Assembly (NCBI GenBank): GCA_037128175.1
Contig: JBAXWY010000004.1
Span: 1 to 64,000, forward strand
Direction: 5' to 3'
Length of the DNA stretch: 64,000 bases
Source: Methanothrix sp.
GTDB taxonomy: Archaea > Halobacteriota > Methanosarcinia > Methanotrichales > Methanotrichaceae
Shown here: positions 19,576 to 28,965 of the stretch, piece by piece
Position numbering within the stretch: position 1 is the stretch's first letter
How the letters are laid out: every line of letters starts with the position of its first letter
Translations under genes and position numbers: made by a program
The notes under the pieces: model-generated
What the model was told of the DNA's origin: nothing
What the model saw: only the letters and a program-made list of their open reading frames with translations
The model's database searches: none

Positions 19576-19647
19576 CTTCGCGCCAATCAAGGCTTCGCGT
19601 GAGATTAAACCGGGTTCGTTTTCACGCGAAGGCGCGAAGCCGCGAAG
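19576..19647. repeat. REP-like palindromic element
   Basis: CTTCGCGCC / CTTCGCGTGA arms pair with TCACGCGAAG-GCGCGAAG-CCGCGAAG; lies just downstream of A3. Confidence 0.6.
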
Positions 19648-19679
19648 TCAAAACATTGGTTTATTTCGACCTCGCTTTA

Positions 19680-19853
19680 CTAGGAAGATAAAACACTCTC
19701 ACAGAATCCTGTACAGATTTCGACGGTGTAGCAGCCAGTCCAATTGTAACCAGCGCCACCAATGCCTTCATTCTTGCAAGCTGATAATACTTTTTCCTCC
19801 ATTGATCCTCTAACAAGTACTACCAGTTCAGGTCTTGTCCAGGTTTTCCTCAT
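19680..19853 (-). CDS. RiPP precursor, family A (A3), 57 aa, absent from the ORF track
   Basis: Manual translation: MRKTWTRPELVVLVRGSMEEKVLSA-CKNEGIGGAGYNWTGCYTVEICTGFCESVLSS*. A GAGGT SD-like sequence is upstream; the gene directly follows the rSAM gene. Confidence 0.85.
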   Translation of the reverse strand: MRKTWTRPELVVLVRGSMEEKVLSACKNEGIGGAGYNWTGCYTVEICTGFCESVLSS

Positions 19854-19898
19854 ACTCTTACCTCTTGATTACCTTTGGCCTAATAAACAAACCATCTA

Positions 19899-21101
19899 TT
19901 AATTACTTTTCTCTGAGCTTTTCCTTTCTCCAAAGGCCTTAACTCTCTCCCTCCAGTCCTCTACTTCCCAGGCCCATTCGCCTTCCTTCAGCAGTCCCAG
20001 GTACAGAGCCTGGGCATGGGCTACCTGGCACAGATAATCCACCGGAGTATCAAGGGTCCCGTGTTCCATCCAGGACTTGGCCGGGCATTGCTCACATAAC
20101 CCTTTCAGGAAACACCGGGCACAGCGGGTCAGGTAGTCGGGATTGGTGGCCTTCATCTCCCGCAGTTTGGGGAAGAAATTGGTCATAGCGTCCTTGAGAG
20201 ATCCGTTTCCAAGATCGTATACTGCATCGGGATGTCTGAGCATCATGCATGGTTGAAGAACGCCATAGGCGTCCACGCAGGCCCCGTGCCCGGCTCCGCA
20301 GGAGAAGAGCAGCTCGCCGGGCGGCCTCATGAACTTGGAGCAGAATTCACTCATATCTTTAAGGTACTTATCCCGGTCTCTGGAGAGGATGGATACGCCC
20401 TCCTCAGGAGAGAGCCTCAGCCTTTCGATGAGTCTGTTCCTGGCCAGAGAGTCCCGGCGGCAGCGCAGGTCGAAGAACATGGAATATGTGGGAGGATGAT
20501 GCAAGGCAGGAAGCGTTATGGCCCACTGCTCGAATTGATCAATTTCGCCCTTGTTGGGCGGCAGCAGCGCTCCCTTGACCACGAAAGGTATCTTCCTCTC
20601 CAGCAGGAGGTCGAGGCCGCGCCGAAATTGGTCGTAGGAGCCTTTTGACCGGGAGACCGCCTCGTAGGACTCACAGGCCATGCCGTAGACCGTGACCTCC
20701 ACTAACTCCCGGGGCGGCACCCTTGCTAAGAGGTCGGCGATCTGGGGGGTGATGAGACGGGCATTGGTGAAGAGCAATACCTTCAACCCCAGCCTGCGGG
20801 CGAAGAGGTACAATTCCTGGAAATCCTCCCGGAGGAGCGGTTCGCCTCCCGTGAAACGAACCGAGATACAGCCAAGATCTGCCGCCTCGCTCAGGATTGC
20901 TTTAATCCTCTCGGTCGTCATCTCACGGCTTTTGGCCGGATCATCTTCAGGCAGGTTGATGCAGCAGTGGATGCAGTCATTGTTGCACCTCTCAGTCAGC
21001 TCCATGTCCAGACGGCCGAGCAATGGGCCTTTGCCTTTCCAGATGGAGTGCTTCGATGCAGTTCTTTTTGCCAAATATGTGGATTGGAGAATCTCTGTCA
21101 T
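19899..21101 (-). CDS. Radical SAM/SPASM peptide maturase
   Basis: CNNDCIHC (CxxxCxxC), FTGGEPLL, SPASM Cys pattern CGAG...QPC...CARC.....CEQCP...YLC. Confidence 0.92.
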   Translation of the reverse strand: MTEILQSTYLAKRTASKHSIWKGKGPLLGRLDMELTERCNNDCIHCCINLPEDDPAKSREMTTERIKAILSEAADLGCISVRFTGGEPLLREDFQELYLFARRLGLKVLLFTNARLITPQIADLLARVPPRELVEVTVYGMACESYEAVSRSKGSYDQFRRGLDLLLERKIPFVVKGALLPPNKGEIDQFEQWAITLPALHHPPTYSMFFDLRCRRDSLARNRLIERLRLSPEEGVSILSRDRDKYLKDMSEFCSKFMRPPGELLFSCGAGHGACVDAYGVLQPCMMLRHPDAVYDLGNGSLKDAMTNFFPKLREMKATNPDYLTRCARCFLKGLCEQCPAKSWMEHGTLDTPVDYLCQVAHAQALYLGLLKEGEWAWEVEDWRERVKAFGERKSSEKSN

Positions 21102-23089
21102 CGCGCCACCGCTTTATCATCAGGGCGGCTTTCCAGATGCAGCAATCCCTCGATCTCAGGAACGATTCTGCCGCTTTTGTCAAACTCCATCTCATAGCAG
21201 GGCACCTCTCCGGCTATCTCTTCCAGGAGCGTTATCATCTTCTGCCACCATTCGGCGGTTACAAAGGGTTTGATGATACAGGCCATCAGCCTCTTGATGA
21301 TCTCCAAACGCTCTGTAATGGGAGTTATGCGGTTTTGCTCCGATTTCTTCAGGAACAATATGGCATGAAGCGGTGCCGAGGCTGCTGAAACCAGTGGCAC
21401 CTCGCCATGCGACCAGCTGCCGTGCACTCTGAAGCCCTCCGGCCATCTTCGAACTATATTCCGATCATCGCACAATATCTCCGCCCGGTCCATCATCATC
21501 TTCACAGTGGTCGATTTCCCTGCCTCGGAATGGCCCACAAAGAGCAGGCCTTTTCCCTTCAGGATCATGCCTGCCGAGTGGAGGAAGCATGCCTTTCGCT
21601 CGGCCAGGACCCGGGAGAGCAGAATCTGGTCGGTAGGAAAGAGCGTCAGGGAATGCAGCCCGCCTTTGAGAAAGATGTCTTCTCTATCATTGTATATCCT
21701 GGCATGGGAATGATCATCGGAAAAGGTCGCCACACGGTGCAGGCTGGAGTCGCCGGCATTGGGGGAAATGCCCAGGTAGATCCAGGAATGACCCTTGCGG
21801 TAGACGGCCCAGGGGGGCTTGCGGTAGACCTCCCGTCCCAGGTCTTTTCCTTTCAAGTCGGGCAGGCTGAAGTGGTGATGTATGAAGATGGTATCTCCCT
21901 CCGGGCTTGGGCCATCTGCCTGGAACTGCCTGAACTTGGGGTCGAATGTCTGGTCCGTGATGGGCAGGTCCGAATCCACCTGCACGGTAATTCCTCCGAT
22001 CTCATAGTAACGGCGGTGGTTATGTATCCAGTCATCCTTGAAGGCCCGGCCTTCTCTGGCTACCTGGCAGAGGTAATCTATCTTCGCACCATAGCGGCCG
22101 TGCTCCAGATAGGCATAGACCGCGCACCAGCGGCAGTCCGACCGGTTGGGGCAGGAGCCGCAGTCTTCCCAATATTCACTTCCACCCAGGACCCTGTCGG
22201 CCAGAGAGGGTATGAACTGATCCCAGGCTTCCTGAAAGCTGCCTTTTCGGAGGTCGTATCTGAGCGCCGGATCCTTGATGAAGCAGCAGAAGGTCATCTG
22301 GCCGTAAGCATCGACATGAAAGCTGCGTCTGCCCTCTATGCATCTGGCGAAGAGCCGGTCATCTGCGGCAGCAGCGTGGCAGGGATTATCTGTCTGCTGC
22401 TCTTCAAAGGAGACATCCGGCTTGTCCAGATCAATGACCTCGCAGGGAGGAAGTCTCTGGGATGCGATCTCTCTGTTCTTCTGGGGCGAGCCGCAGGCAG
22501 ACATGTACAGCCAGGCTGCTCCTACTCTCCAGTGGGGGCTCAGGGATTTTGCCAGTTCTACCATCTGGGGAAACTGGTGGTAATTGTCCTTCATGGGTAT
22601 GAGCTGGACGGTAAATCCGGCGCCTGCCTCCTTAAGGAGTTCGAATCCTTTCATGGTGGCCTGGAAGGAGCCGGGGTTGCGGGTGACGTGGTCGTGAACT
22701 TCAGCGGTTGCGCCGTAGAGAGCGACCATCTTGCTCCCTTTCCTTTTCAAAAGCTGGGCGATCTCGGGAGTGATCAATGTGCCGTTAGTGTTTAGGGAAT
22801 ATGAGACCGACCGGCTGGTGATGTAGTCAAAGATCTCCGCAAAGTCGTTTCTGAGCATGGGCTCACCGCCTGAGATATGCCAGGTACGGCAGCCCATTCT
22901 TCTGGCCTGGTCAACTATCGACTTGATCTCCTCAGTGGATAGCTCCTCCTGTTGCTCCGGCGCGCCGGGCGCAATTCTCAGCCAGCAATGACAGCAGTTG
23001 TTATTACAGCGGTAGGTAAGGTCGAGGCCCCCCTCTAAAGGCAGGCGAGGAGTCCTGGTTGATTTTTCGATACTCATGTATTCGTTCAT
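21098..23089 (-). CDS. Radical SAM/SPASM maturase fused to a C-terminal HPr-kinase-like (ScmC-like) P-loop domain
   Basis: CNNNCCHC, SGGEPML, CGSC.....CRWC...YLC, then LHSAG...FVGHSEAGKSTT...LCDDRN. Confidence 0.88.
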   Translation of the reverse strand: MNEYMSIEKSTRTPRLPLEGGLDLTYRCNNNCCHCWLRIAPGAPEQQEELSTEEIKSIVDQARRMGCRTWHISGGEPMLRNDFAEIFDYITSRSVSYSLNTNGTLITPEIAQLLKRKGSKMVALYGATAEVHDHVTRNPGSFQATMKGFELLKEAGAGFTVQLIPMKDNYHQFPQMVELAKSLSPHWRVGAAWLYMSACGSPQKNREIASQRLPPCEVIDLDKPDVSFEEQQTDNPCHAAAADDRLFARCIEGRRSFHVDAYGQMTFCCFIKDPALRYDLRKGSFQEAWDQFIPSLADRVLGGSEYWEDCGSCPNRSDCRWCAVYAYLEHGRYGAKIDYLCQVAREGRAFKDDWIHNHRRYYEIGGITVQVDSDLPITDQTFDPKFRQFQADGPSPEGDTIFIHHHFSLPDLKGKDLGREVYRKPPWAVYRKGHSWIYLGISPNAGDSSLHRVATFSDDHSHARIYNDREDIFLKGGLHSLTLFPTDQILLSRVLAERKACFLHSAGMILKGKGLLFVGHSEAGKSTTVKMMMDRAEILCDDRNIVRRWPEGFRVHGSWSHGEVPLVSAASAPLHAILFLKKSEQNRITPITERLEIIKRLMACIIKPFVTAEWWQKMITLLEEIAGEVPCYEMEFDKSGRIVPEIEGLLHLESRPDDKAVAR

Positions 23090-23099
23090 GGAGCAACCC

Positions 23100-24266
23100 C
23101 TAAAAATGATCTATTGTTGGTTGTATTGGTATTTCTTCAGAGCCGGGAAATTCTTTGTACCCAAGGCTCCTGGCCCGTTCATGTGCCACTTTGCAGAAAT
23201 ATTCTATCCAGGAATCCATCTTTCCCACCTCGAGATAGGCATGGGCCGGGCACCATAGACAGAGATTGATTATAGAGCATTTTCTGCATTTGCTCAAAAA
23301 TTCTTCATTATCGGATCGCATATCCCGCACAGCAGGAACGAATTTCTGCCAGGCTTCTCTGAGGCTGCCCGCTCGCAGGTCGTAAATGCACTCCGGATGC
23401 CAGAGGGATGAGCAGAGCCTGAATAATCCGTCGTAGCTAACCGAGAAGCTGCCGTTTCCAGCGCCGCAGTGAAACAGGTGATTGCAGTTAACATGTGCTG
23501 CACCTGGCAATATGAGTTTGTCGCAGCCCTTCTGAAGGGCGCGAAATCGCTCTCCATCCGCATGCTCTATGGCAGCGATCTCTTCCGGGGAGAGGCGCTG
23601 TGCCCTGATCACCTCATTTCGATTTGCATCCCCGTCAAAGCGCAGGTGCAGCAATGGATCAAAACGGAAATAATCCTTGGTATGCTCCCGGCAGAATCTG
23701 GCCATCTCCTCCATCTCATGTGCATTTGCTTGCAGAGCCATGGCTTTGAGCCGCACCTTCACCCCGCTCTGGAGCAGGAGGTTCAGACCGTGGCGAAAGG
23801 CGGCAAATGAGCCGGGTTTCCTGGTCACGGCTTCATAGGTCTCCTTAGTTGCGCCGTAAACTGTTACCTCTATGTCCCTGGGCGGATATTTGCGAAATAG
23901 CTGCACATGCTCCTCTCTGATCAGGCAGGCGTTGGTGAAGACGGATACAAGCAGGCCCAGTCTCTTCAAGGCCATGTAAACCTCCTCGAAGTCGTCTCTG
24001 AGCAGGGGTTCTCCTCCTGTGATCAGGCACCAGACTGCCCCCATTTCTGCGGCCTGGGATGCGATTCTCTTTATCTCATCAATATCCAGTTCCCTGCCCC
24101 TGGCAGCAGCATCTCCGGCGGGAAGGCAGATGTAGCAATGCCGGCAATCGTTGTTGCAGCGGGCCGTGATCTCCAGGTCGAAAGAGAACGGAGTGTGTCT
24201 CTCTTTCATCGTATCCCAAAGCGGTAGGTCCGGCAGTGACTGTTGGGCGATAAATTCTTCGGTCAT
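23100..24266 (-). CDS. Radical SAM/SPASM peptide maturase
   Basis: CNNDCRHC, ITGGEPLL, CGAG...RLC...CRKC.....CLWCP...YFC; paralog of 19899-21101. Confidence 0.92.
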   Translation of the reverse strand: MTEEFIAQQSLPDLPLWDTMKERHTPFSFDLEITARCNNDCRHCYICLPAGDAAARGRELDIDEIKRIASQAAEMGAVWCLITGGEPLLRDDFEEVYMALKRLGLLVSVFTNACLIREEHVQLFRKYPPRDIEVTVYGATKETYEAVTRKPGSFAAFRHGLNLLLQSGVKVRLKAMALQANAHEMEEMARFCREHTKDYFRFDPLLHLRFDGDANRNEVIRAQRLSPEEIAAIEHADGERFRALQKGCDKLILPGAAHVNCNHLFHCGAGNGSFSVSYDGLFRLCSSLWHPECIYDLRAGSLREAWQKFVPAVRDMRSDNEEFLSKCRKCSIINLCLWCPAHAYLEVGKMDSWIEYFCKVAHERARSLGYKEFPGSEEIPIQPTIDHF

Positions 24267-24278
24267 ATCTGAATTCTC

Positions 24279-25277
24279 TTAATCCGTCGGCAGGTTCCGG
24301 CGCATGACAACTCTGCGTCTGCCTGTTTTTTCGAAATCTTCATCAAGCTGGGGCTGCAAAGCCGGCAATCTCGTCCGCTCAAAATCGAGCTTGCGGTAAA
24401 GATTGATTGCAGGGGGATTGTCATCGTATACCAGCAGGAACAATTCCTTGACACCATCAGACCTAGCCCTGTCAATCACCTGCTGACAGAGCGCCTCGCC
24501 GATCCCCATACCGCGAACCTTCACCCTTACCATGAGGGCAAAGATCCAGTGGCCGACATAAGGATAGTGCTCTGCGGGGTGAGTGACAAGCTGGACAAAT
24601 CCCACGATCTCGGTGCCGATTTTGGCGACATAATTTTTCACCAGCGGATTGGGCCGGTATGAATTAAGCCTGCAGCCGGGACTCCAGATGTTGTTGACCT
24701 TTGCCATATCCTCTCCATCAGCTTCATAGATGGAATATTCCGTCCCCAGCTTTCCGGCAATTTCCCTGTAGAGAGTCGTGCCCTGCATCTTTATCAGAAT
24801 CCGGGCGAACAGCTTTCGCGTGAGACTTTTCACCCGTATACACTTTAAAAGATCATGTCTGGCGAGAAGGGCGATCAACTGTCGCTCTGTCCCCAGACCC
24901 AGCAATACTCTATGGCCGTTTCTTTCTACCTTCGTCACCAGGCCGATCACATTCTGGGAAGGTATCAGGCCGTCCGGCTCCGGTACATTATCGCCCTTTA
25001 TAATGTAGCTGTCGTTCCTTTTGTCTATAATCCTGTGGACGGCCAGCTTTTCTGTTTCCGGCAGGAGAAAGGCCACAACGTCACCGACCACCGGGCGGCC
25101 AGAGGGCATAGGAGAAACGGTGATGACATCCATGTTTTTAATAAAAGGGATCATGCTGATTCCGGCTGCCCTGAACCGGAACGATTTTCCCTTTTCGGTG
25201 ACGGCACTGAGAAGTTCTACCAGGGCCTTCATGGAGAGGTTGTCCTCTCCTCCATCTATGACAAAATCCGTGGCCAT
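24279..25277 (-). CDS. S24/S26-family peptidase fused to a GNAT acetyltransferase
   Basis: N-terminal GISMIPFI...GDVVAF...VHRII...KGDN; C-terminal LMVRVKVRGMGIGEAL...LLVYDDNPPAINLYRKLDF. Confidence 0.8.
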   Translation of the reverse strand: MATDFVIDGGEDNLSMKALVELLSAVTEKGKSFRFRAAGISMIPFIKNMDVITVSPMPSGRPVVGDVVAFLLPETEKLAVHRIIDKRNDSYIIKGDNVPEPDGLIPSQNVIGLVTKVERNGHRVLLGLGTERQLIALLARHDLLKCIRVKSLTRKLFARILIKMQGTTLYREIAGKLGTEYSIYEADGEDMAKVNNIWSPGCRLNSYRPNPLVKNYVAKIGTEIVGFVQLVTHPAEHYPYVGHWIFALMVRVKVRGMGIGEALCQQVIDRARSDGVKELFLLVYDDNPPAINLYRKLDFERTRLPALQPQLDEDFEKTGRRRVVMRRNLPTD

Positions 25278-25279
25278 CC

Positions 25280-25612
25280 TCAGGCCTGAACAACCATCTT
25301 CCTCTCGAAGAGTACGTTCACCAATCCGGCAATGTCTTGCTCGATCTCACCAGGCTGGGCCTGGAAATCTGCATTCAGAGCCTTCGCCACCTCTCGCAGG
25401 CTCCTTTTGCCGTCAAGCCTCTCCCAGATGGCCCGGCCGGTCTCATTGAGGGTGTAGATCTCGTCCTCCATGTCTCCAATTCCTGATGTTAGGGGCACCA
25501 GGATGAACTCGCCTTCGATCTCCCTGGCCACAACGTCCTCGGATGCAATGTAGGCAGAATCAATTTCAACTTCGTGCACCATATATTCACCTTTTACGCA
25601 ATTGATATCCAC
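25280..25612 (-). CDS. PqqD-family RiPP recognition element (RRE)
   Basis: VVAREIEGEFILVP...YTLNETGRAIWERLDGKRSL...IEQDI pattern. The start may be at 25582. Confidence 0.9.
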   Translation of the reverse strand: MDINCVKGEYMVHEVEIDSAYIASEDVVAREIEGEFILVPLTSGIGDMEDEIYTLNETGRAIWERLDGKRSLREVAKALNADFQAQPGEIEQDIAGLVNVLFERKMVVQA

Positions 25613-25752
25613 ACAGAATTTTAAAGCTTTCCTTCAACCAGGATTATAAAGAGCCCTTTTTCAGGCGGTTGAAAGTGCATACGGAAGTCAAAAATTTAAG
25701 GGTTTGATGAAGACGGACACGCCGCCGTGGGCCAAAGGCCCGGAGATTTAAT

Positions 25753-25926
25753 CTATGATTGCCCAGTAGTGCTGCATCTGGAACATGGGGGAACTCCCTG
25801 CATGCAGGTCGTATATGTATTTGCAGGGAAACCGGCCGTGCCGCCTTTACAGAATGATAATACATCCTCCGGATCTGAACTTCTTGCCAAAACCAGCAAT
25901 TCAGGCTTAGCCCATAATTTCTTCAT
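25753..25926 (-). CDS. RiPP precursor, family A (A4)
   Basis: MKKLWAKPELLVLARSSDPEDVLSF-CKGGTAGFPANTYTTCMQGVPPCSRCSTTGQS; start trimmed to match the paralogs; GGAGG upstream. Confidence 0.82.
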   Translation of the reverse strand: MKKLWAKPELLVLARSSDPEDVLSFCKGGTAGFPANTYTTCMQGVPPCSRCSTTGQS

Positions 25927-26059
25927 GACATCCCTCCGATTAGACACTTATTCTTTTGCACTCGGGCTAAACTATATCAAATTATTCCTATGATCTATTT
26001 CTAAGCAATATAAAACAGACAGTAGGTTTAAAGCAGGGAATTGCAGATACGAAATCCAT

Positions 26060-26278
26060 ATGTCCACTAAATCTGCTTTGCTGTTTATCCAGCACGTCGG
26101 CAGAGACGAGTCCATCAAAGATAAGATCCGGGCACATGGTCTTGAATCTAACCTGGAGACCCTGGTAAGCATTGGCCTGGAAGCAGGATATTCATTCACG
26201 GCAAAGGAACTTATGGTCGCCTACAGACTGGACTGGAATGCACGCTGGATCTTCAATAGCTCCAGATCTTCAAGATGA
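26060..26278 (+). CDS. Nif11-like domain small protein
   Basis: MS..SA..F...V..D......I......LETLVSIGLEAGYSFTAKEL Nif11-type pattern, followed by the tail AYRLDWNARWIFNSSRSSR. Confidence 0.65.
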   Translation: MSTKSALLFIQHVGRDESIKDKIRAHGLESNLETLVSIGLEAGYSFTAKELMVAYRLDWNARWIFNSSRSSR

Positions 26279-26283
26279 ATGAA

Positions 26284-27429
26284 TCAAACATCAATGTCGT
26301 CAAAGTGCCCGGCCAGGCGCTGAGCCAGACCCGCGTAGCTTTGACCGCTCTGAATGAACTTGCGATAGAAGAACTCGGGATTGTCCAGAAATATCGGCTG
26401 AATGTAGCGGCGTAAGCTATCCAGATGTTTACCAATCCCCTGATGAATGAGGTGCTGATAAACCCTGCAACATTCACGATCAGAGGACGGTATATCGTAG
26501 CCGGCTAAATCCAACGGTTTCATGTCGAGCAAAGAGCTAACCACGTCGGCTGCTAAACTTCCGCTCTGCATGGCATAGCGAACTCCTTCGCCGCTGATGG
26601 GATCTACCAGGCGGGCAGCATCCCCAATCAGGCAGACCCGGCGCGTAGCAATCTGCTCATGTCCCGAATAAAATGGAATGGGGTGGCTGTACATTTGCAA
26701 AGATCGTATGCTTTTGGCAGGAAGGCTTTTGACCAAGAGGCTATTCATATCGCCCAAAATTCCCTTTTTTCTGTCCCAGGACACCACTCCACAGCTTAGT
26801 CTCCCCTCCCTCTTAGGAAAGATCCAGCCGTACCCCCTGGGAAGGCAGAAGTAATTGAATGTCGCTGTATCTTTATGGGATTCGTGCACCTCCGCCGTTA
26901 CATCAACCTCGGCGTCAATGGCAATTCCTGGATGCGAATCACTCTTAAGTCCCAGACAGCGGGCAGTCTTGCTCATAGCTCCGTCTGCTGCTATCAGAAA
27001 CTTAGACCGTACGACCTCTCCGCCCTTTCCCTGGACTGTAACCCCGTCAGCTTCCTCCTTGACAGCAGAGAGATCGAATCCCCCCCATAACTCTACATTG
27101 CCTCCTGCGGATGTTATGGCCAGGTCTACCAGGAAAGCATCAAGCCGGGAACGGTCCACCATATTAATTGGCGCATGTATGCAGAGATTGGGCTTTTCAT
27201 AATCGTAAAGTGATCTGGTCTGAGCTACTCTATTCTCCGTTATAGGGCTCAGGTCCAGGCCGAAGGATTCACCTGTATTTTCGGGAAGGGCCCCTCCGCA
27301 GGCTTTGTGGCGCGGCAGCTTCTCTTTCTCCAATATCGCCACGCTTATCCCGGTCCTGGCTAATCTGCATGCGGCCATCGCGCCCCCGGGACCGGCACCA
27401 ATGATGGCTACATCAACCTTAGCGGACAT
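26284..27429 (-). CDS. Geranylgeranyl-reductase-family FAD-dependent oxidoreductase
   Basis: DVAIIGAGPGG, EKEKLPRHKACGG, LIAADGA, GYGWIFPK, IGDAARLVDPISGEGVRYA. Start placed at MSAKV. Confidence 0.88.
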   Translation of the reverse strand: MSAKVDVAIIGAGPGGAMAACRLARTGISVAILEKEKLPRHKACGGALPENTGESFGLDLSPITENRVAQTRSLYDYEKPNLCIHAPINMVDRSRLDAFLVDLAITSAGGNVELWGGFDLSAVKEEADGVTVQGKGGEVVRSKFLIAADGAMSKTARCLGLKSDSHPGIAIDAEVDVTAEVHESHKDTATFNYFCLPRGYGWIFPKREGRLSCGVVSWDRKKGILGDMNSLLVKSLPAKSIRSLQMYSHPIPFYSGHEQIATRRVCLIGDAARLVDPISGEGVRYAMQSGSLAADVVSSLLDMKPLDLAGYDIPSSDRECCRVYQHLIHQGIGKHLDSLRRYIQPIFLDNPEFFYRKFIQSGQSYAGLAQRLAGHFDDIDV

Positions 27430-28504
27430 TATTTGCCACCGAGAAGCACTCCTCTGGCTTAAGCCATCTGTGGTTGAACCGAAGGTAAGCTTTTGCCTCC
27501 AGCGGCATTTCCGGTCGATAAATAAACTTAACGTGGCTGATGTCGCGTTCAAATATGCTTAACAGATCCGGTTGAAGGAGCGATTGTGAAATTATATAGG
27601 ACGGCCATGGAACTGGGCACGAGGTAGGTTCTGTAAATCCCTCCCAGGCAAGCACACCATCACGCTTATCCGGCGAACACAGCCCTGCCTCAACCAGATG
27701 GTCGAGGAGAAATGGCCAGTTGGGTCTTCTGTCTGGCCCTTCTCTACTAAGGCACGACAGCCCGATCTTTGGGCGAATGACCGATCCGATATCTACATGC
27801 ACCAAATTAATGTAGACGCCTAAATGGTCCAACTGCTCAATCAAAGCCTTAAGTTTGCCTTCATCCCAGGACCAGCCAATGTGCTTGAGCAGGGGAATTA
27901 TGCACCCTGAAGACTGAGGGATGAATTCGACGCGAAGGGTCTCAGTTTTGCGTGCCAGCATGGCACCAATATAGATCAGCCTGGCCTCATCAAAGGTGAA
28001 ACAACGGTGTAAGACATCCTGCCAGGGAAATGGCCCAGGCGCGCCGAACTGAATCTGCAATCCTTCGTCCAGAGCTGATTGCTTTTCGGCAGTCAGTCCA
28101 TCTATTTTCAATCTCAAAAAGACGGATGGAAGGCGCGGCCGGCAAGCCGGAGCATCTGCATCGATCTCAAAAAGAATGCTATCCACGGCATCATGGATGG
28201 AAGATGACTGTTCTTGCCATTGAGAGCATAACTTGTGAATCCCAGCCCATTTGGGACTGCCGGATAATCCTGACCCTATAATATGATTCATAAGGATATC
28301 CGGCTCTTCGTTGTCGGTGAGGATTTGCTGGGATAGATCCGCTTGCAAGGTGTTGTCACTTAGGCGGCACTCGATGAGGCCATTGACTATGGGCGGGAGG
28401 GCTCTGGCCATCTCGATCAGCTTCTGGGCGGATGATTCTGATACAAGCACGGGAGAAAGATTAGGGATTAGGACTTGAAGGGAGTCTGCCAGGGTGGGCC
28501 GCAT
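27419..28504 (-). CDS. Conserved hypothetical protein (possible prenyltransferase-barrel-like tailoring enzyme)
   Basis: 361-aa ORF overlapping the start of the reductase gene; motifs IECRL...ADL, LFEID, SHVKFIY...EAKAYL. The function is inference only. Confidence 0.45.
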   Translation of the reverse strand: MRPTLADSLQVLIPNLSPVLVSESSAQKLIEMARALPPIVNGLIECRLSDNTLQADLSQQILTDNEEPDILMNHIIGSGLSGSPKWAGIHKLCSQWQEQSSSIHDAVDSILFEIDADAPACRPRLPSVFLRLKIDGLTAEKQSALDEGLQIQFGAPGPFPWQDVLHRCFTFDEARLIYIGAMLARKTETLRVEFIPQSSGCIIPLLKHIGWSWDEGKLKALIEQLDHLGVYINLVHVDIGSVIRPKIGLSCLSREGPDRRPNWPFLLDHLVEAGLCSPDKRDGVLAWEGFTEPTSCPVPWPSYIISQSLLQPDLLSIFERDISHVKFIYRPEMPLEAKAYLRFNHRWLKPEECFSVANNVR

Positions 28505-28560
28505 AGATCAATTCACCAGAAACTGATATTCTCAAAAGCCTAATGCCAAAAAATAATGGA

Positions 28561-28740
28561 CTAGCTATTCGTGGATGTGGCACAAGCGGTGCAATGCCCA
28601 TCACTATCCTGCGCCAGGCACCCTCCATCAGTGGCAGACGCCCCAGAATTTCCGGCCACCCTGCATCCTGTGAGCACGTTTTCTTGAGCCAAACCTCTGG
28701 CCACGACAATTAATTTTGGTTTCTTCCATTCGTTCTGCAT
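28561..28740 (-). CDS. RiPP precursor, family A (A5)
   Basis: MQNEWKKPKLIVVARGLAQENVLTG-CRVAGNSGASATDGGCLAQDSDGHCTACATSTNS; AGGAG upstream. Confidence 0.85.
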   Translation of the reverse strand: MQNEWKKPKLIVVARGLAQENVLTGCRVAGNSGASATDGGCLAQDSDGHCTACATSTNS

Positions 28741-28757
28741 GCAATATCTCCTCTGAT

Positions 28758-28822
28758 TGATCCCGTTAAGAGCTACTCCAATCTCATGCAACTTCTGCTA
28801 TATTGAATTATCTCCGAGAGAC
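28758..28822. repeat. Duplicated 5' upstream/promoter region shared by A5 and A6 (second copy ~29148-29213)
   Basis: TGATCCC..TAAG.GCTA.TCCAATCT.ATGCAACTTCTGCTATAT.GAATTATCT is near-identical in both; it contains minus-strand GATAATTC[A/G]ATATAG. Confidence 0.8.
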
Positions 28823-28965
28823 CTGATCTTTTCCCTCCAATCCTCCTATTCAAGAAACTTGAGAAAAAACGATCCAGGGCATAGAATAGAAGCCGGGGAT
28901 GAGGCACTTAAATACTGCCCTACCACACGGATAATCCCAAGTGCCAAAGGCCAAGGGATATAGAG

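Noticed and set aside
21407-22795. Long antisense ORFs (also 45037-46236, 56013-57041, 49045-49890, 17151-17885)
   Set aside because: Shadow frames opposite well-supported genes in GC-rich coding DNA, with no recognisable motifs.
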